64,000 bases of DNA. It comes from an uncultured cyanobacterium. Its GTDB lineage: Bacteria; Cyanobacteriota; Cyanobacteriia; CAKZMO01. Below the pieces are notes generated by a model. It was not told where the DNA came from, ran no database searches, and was given only the letters and a program-made list of their open reading frames with translations. Location of the stretch: positions 320,001 to 384,000 of the forward strand of contig CAVRCJ010000011.1 in assembly GCA_963719515.1 (NCBI GenBank). The letters run 5' to 3'. Of this stretch, positions 62,328 through 64,000 are shown one piece after another; position 1 is the first letter of the stretch; the number at the start of each line of letters is the position of its first letter. Made by a program: the position numbers and the translations under genes.

Positions 62328-63962
62328 CTAACCAAGCTGGGTTGAGGCAGCGCGGACAGGCGCTGTCCCAAAATCTGCTGCGTCGATCTGGTCGCGGGTG
62401 ACGCCCGCCAATAGGGCGATCGCATCTCCTGCGGCTCGAATCAAGAGGCCGCTGCTGCGGGTGACCAGTCTGAGATCGTTGAACGACAGGTCCACCGGCA
62501 TCGCCAGCTGGTCTAGCCCCGTCTGGAAATCCTCAATAATATCGAAACCTGCCGCCGGCTGAAGCATAAAGGTATCTCGCCCTGCCCCTCCCATCAGGCG
62601 ATTGCGGCCTTTCCCACCTAAGAGCCAATCGGCACCGCCCCCGCCTACCAGCAGGTCGTTACCGAAGTCTCCCAAAAGCTGGTCCGCCCCCCGCTGTCCC
62701 ATCAAGCGATCGCCGCCGCTATTGCCCACTAAAATATCATCACCATCACCGCCATAAAGGTCGTCGTCTCCCCCCCGACCCCGTAGGAAGTTATTGCCTG
62801 AGTTTCCGTACAGCGCGTTGTCGGTACCCCGGCCGGTGCCGTCGAGGTCGTCTTCTCCGCCCAGCACAAGATGCTCGAATCCCATCGGCAGGTGGAGCGA
62901 GATCAGCGATGCTACTATGTCCAGCTCTGTACCGTCCTGCTCTGCTTCAGCGCCCAGTGCTAGGCCGTCGTCAACCTGCCCTACGAAGTGGAGCGTTACC
63001 CCGTCTCCCTCAAGGCTAGAGATCTTCCAGATATCTTCGGCTTGGGCAGCGTTGACCACGCCTTCGTGCAGTCCATCCTCCTCAAGGTCTCCCCGATCGC
63101 CGATGCGATCGCGGGGAAACTGGGCCAGCACCCAGGGCGTGGCGCTGTCGGTAGGCCGCAGGTAGCGCTCGAAATCTCGGTAGACGTCAATCACAGCGCC
63201 GTGGGCGTTGTCGGCATCGAAAATGCCGCGTAGCCCTTTTAGATCGACCACGAAGGAGGTCTCTGCCGTACCCGCCTGCTTGTTGTCCCCGGCAATGCCG
63301 GTTTGAAATAGGTCGTCCTCGGCCACAAAGGCGAGGGATGTCGCCTGGGAAAACGCGGCCACGGGCTGCCGCCCATCGGTTAGGCCATCAATATCGTAAT
63401 CTTGGGCCGGGAAGGCAGGGTCGAGGGCAACCAGATTTACCGCGGGGTGAGGCGAGGCTGGGTTGGGCGACGGGGGAGCTAGGGCTTGGGCAATCTCAGC
63501 GGCCACATAACTCCCCAAGCTGTGGCCCACCAGGGTGAGTGAGGTCAACGCCAAGGGCTGCAGCTGCTCTGTGGCCCAGCCCGCTACAGCTTTAATTCGC
63601 CTCGCGGGGCTAAAGGGAGGCAAACTGCCGACGGCGGCCTCCCCCCAGTCGAGAAACAGCACCCGCTTTCCGGGGGCGGCGGTCTGTTGGGCTAGCTGGT
63701 CCAGGCGAGGGTAAAGTTCCTCTAGGTCGGCGGCTCGGTCGGGAAGCAGGTTTCGCCGCCCGTGAATGATGAGTACGGTTTCGAATGGAGCAGGTTCTGG
63801 CAGTGCAGGCTCCGACAGGGCGGGCTCCGGCGCTGGCCCGCCGTCTAGAGCAGGGTCACGGGGAGTACTGTAGTCCCAAAGCCGAATGGGAAACGGGGCA
63901 GCCTCCCCGTCATCGGCTGCCGCGATCGCGTCAAGCGCAATCAGTTTTGGTGCTGTCTCCAT
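62328..63962 (-). CDS. Lipase-like alpha/beta hydrolase with C-terminal RTX repeats
   Basis: IIHG, FLDW, GHSLG, LDPA, then GGxGxD nonapeptides and DIIEDF...D tail. Confidence 0.85.
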   Translation of the reverse strand: METAPKLIALDAIAAADDGEAAPFPIRLWDYSTPRDPALDGGPAPEPALSEPALPEPAPFETVLIIHGRRNLLPDRAADLEELYPRLDQLAQQTAAPGKRVLFLDWGEAAVGSLPPFSPARRIKAVAGWATEQLQPLALTSLTLVGHSLGSYVAAEIAQALAPPSPNPASPHPAVNLVALDPAFPAQDYDIDGLTDGRQPVAAFSQATSLAFVAEDDLFQTGIAGDNKQAGTAETSFVVDLKGLRGIFDADNAHGAVIDVYRDFERYLRPTDSATPWVLAQFPRDRIGDRGDLEEDGLHEGVVNAAQAEDIWKISSLEGDGVTLHFVGQVDDGLALGAEAEQDGTELDIVASLISLHLPMGFEHLVLGGEDDLDGTGRGTDNALYGNSGNNFLRGRGGDDDLYGGDGDDILVGNSGGDRLMGQRGADQLLGDFGNDLLVGGGGADWLLGGKGRNRLMGGAGRDTFMLQPAAGFDIIEDFQTGLDQLAMPVDLSFNDLRLVTRSSGLLIRAAGDAIALLAGVTRDQIDAADFGTAPVRAASTQLG

Positions 63963-64000
63963 AGCCTAGCGGGGGTAACGCTCCATCAGCAAACGCACCT

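Noticed and set aside
1..64000. tRNA, rRNA, transposase, integrase, prophage or defence-system genes; RGSGR (PatS/PatX) peptide
   Set aside because: No recognisable signature found by eye; small RNAs and very short peptides cannot be excluded without a covariance-model or six-frame motif search

Overview
A GC-rich cyanobacterial chromosome segment. It carries psaF-psaJ, chlI and pex, and the HIP1 octamer GCGATCGC is very frequent. The hetZ/patU genes combined with high GC suggest a filamentous, probably non-heterocystous strain (inference). Most of the window is core or housekeeping genes: CYP120-like P450, chlI, ruvC, hisIE, sds, murI, an NhaS3-like antiporter, folB, thrB, lysS, tsaD, clpB and gatA. 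It also holds a GT2-wzc-wza exopolysaccharide block, several ABC components and two RTX-type secreted proteins. I found no rRNA, tRNA, CRISPR array, prophage or transposase. The most notable observations are: (1) a hetZ-patU5-like-patU3-like module with an 18-bp near-palindrome just upstream; (2) an intact but catalytically degenerate HypF C-terminal (Kae1-fold) ORF; (3) a nested repeat between chlI and ruvC, where a GTAG...CTAC palindrome is split by a 142-bp insert with a 9-bp duplication; (4) a 1.55-kb gene-free region before pex with two copies of a 20-bp palindrome; (5) an orphan TpsB transporter next to a DUF4347/RTX adhesin; (6) clustered frameshifts at 18.8-22.4 kb and ~44.2 kb that may be real decay or assembly error. 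All calls come from motif recognition by eye; no database searches were run.
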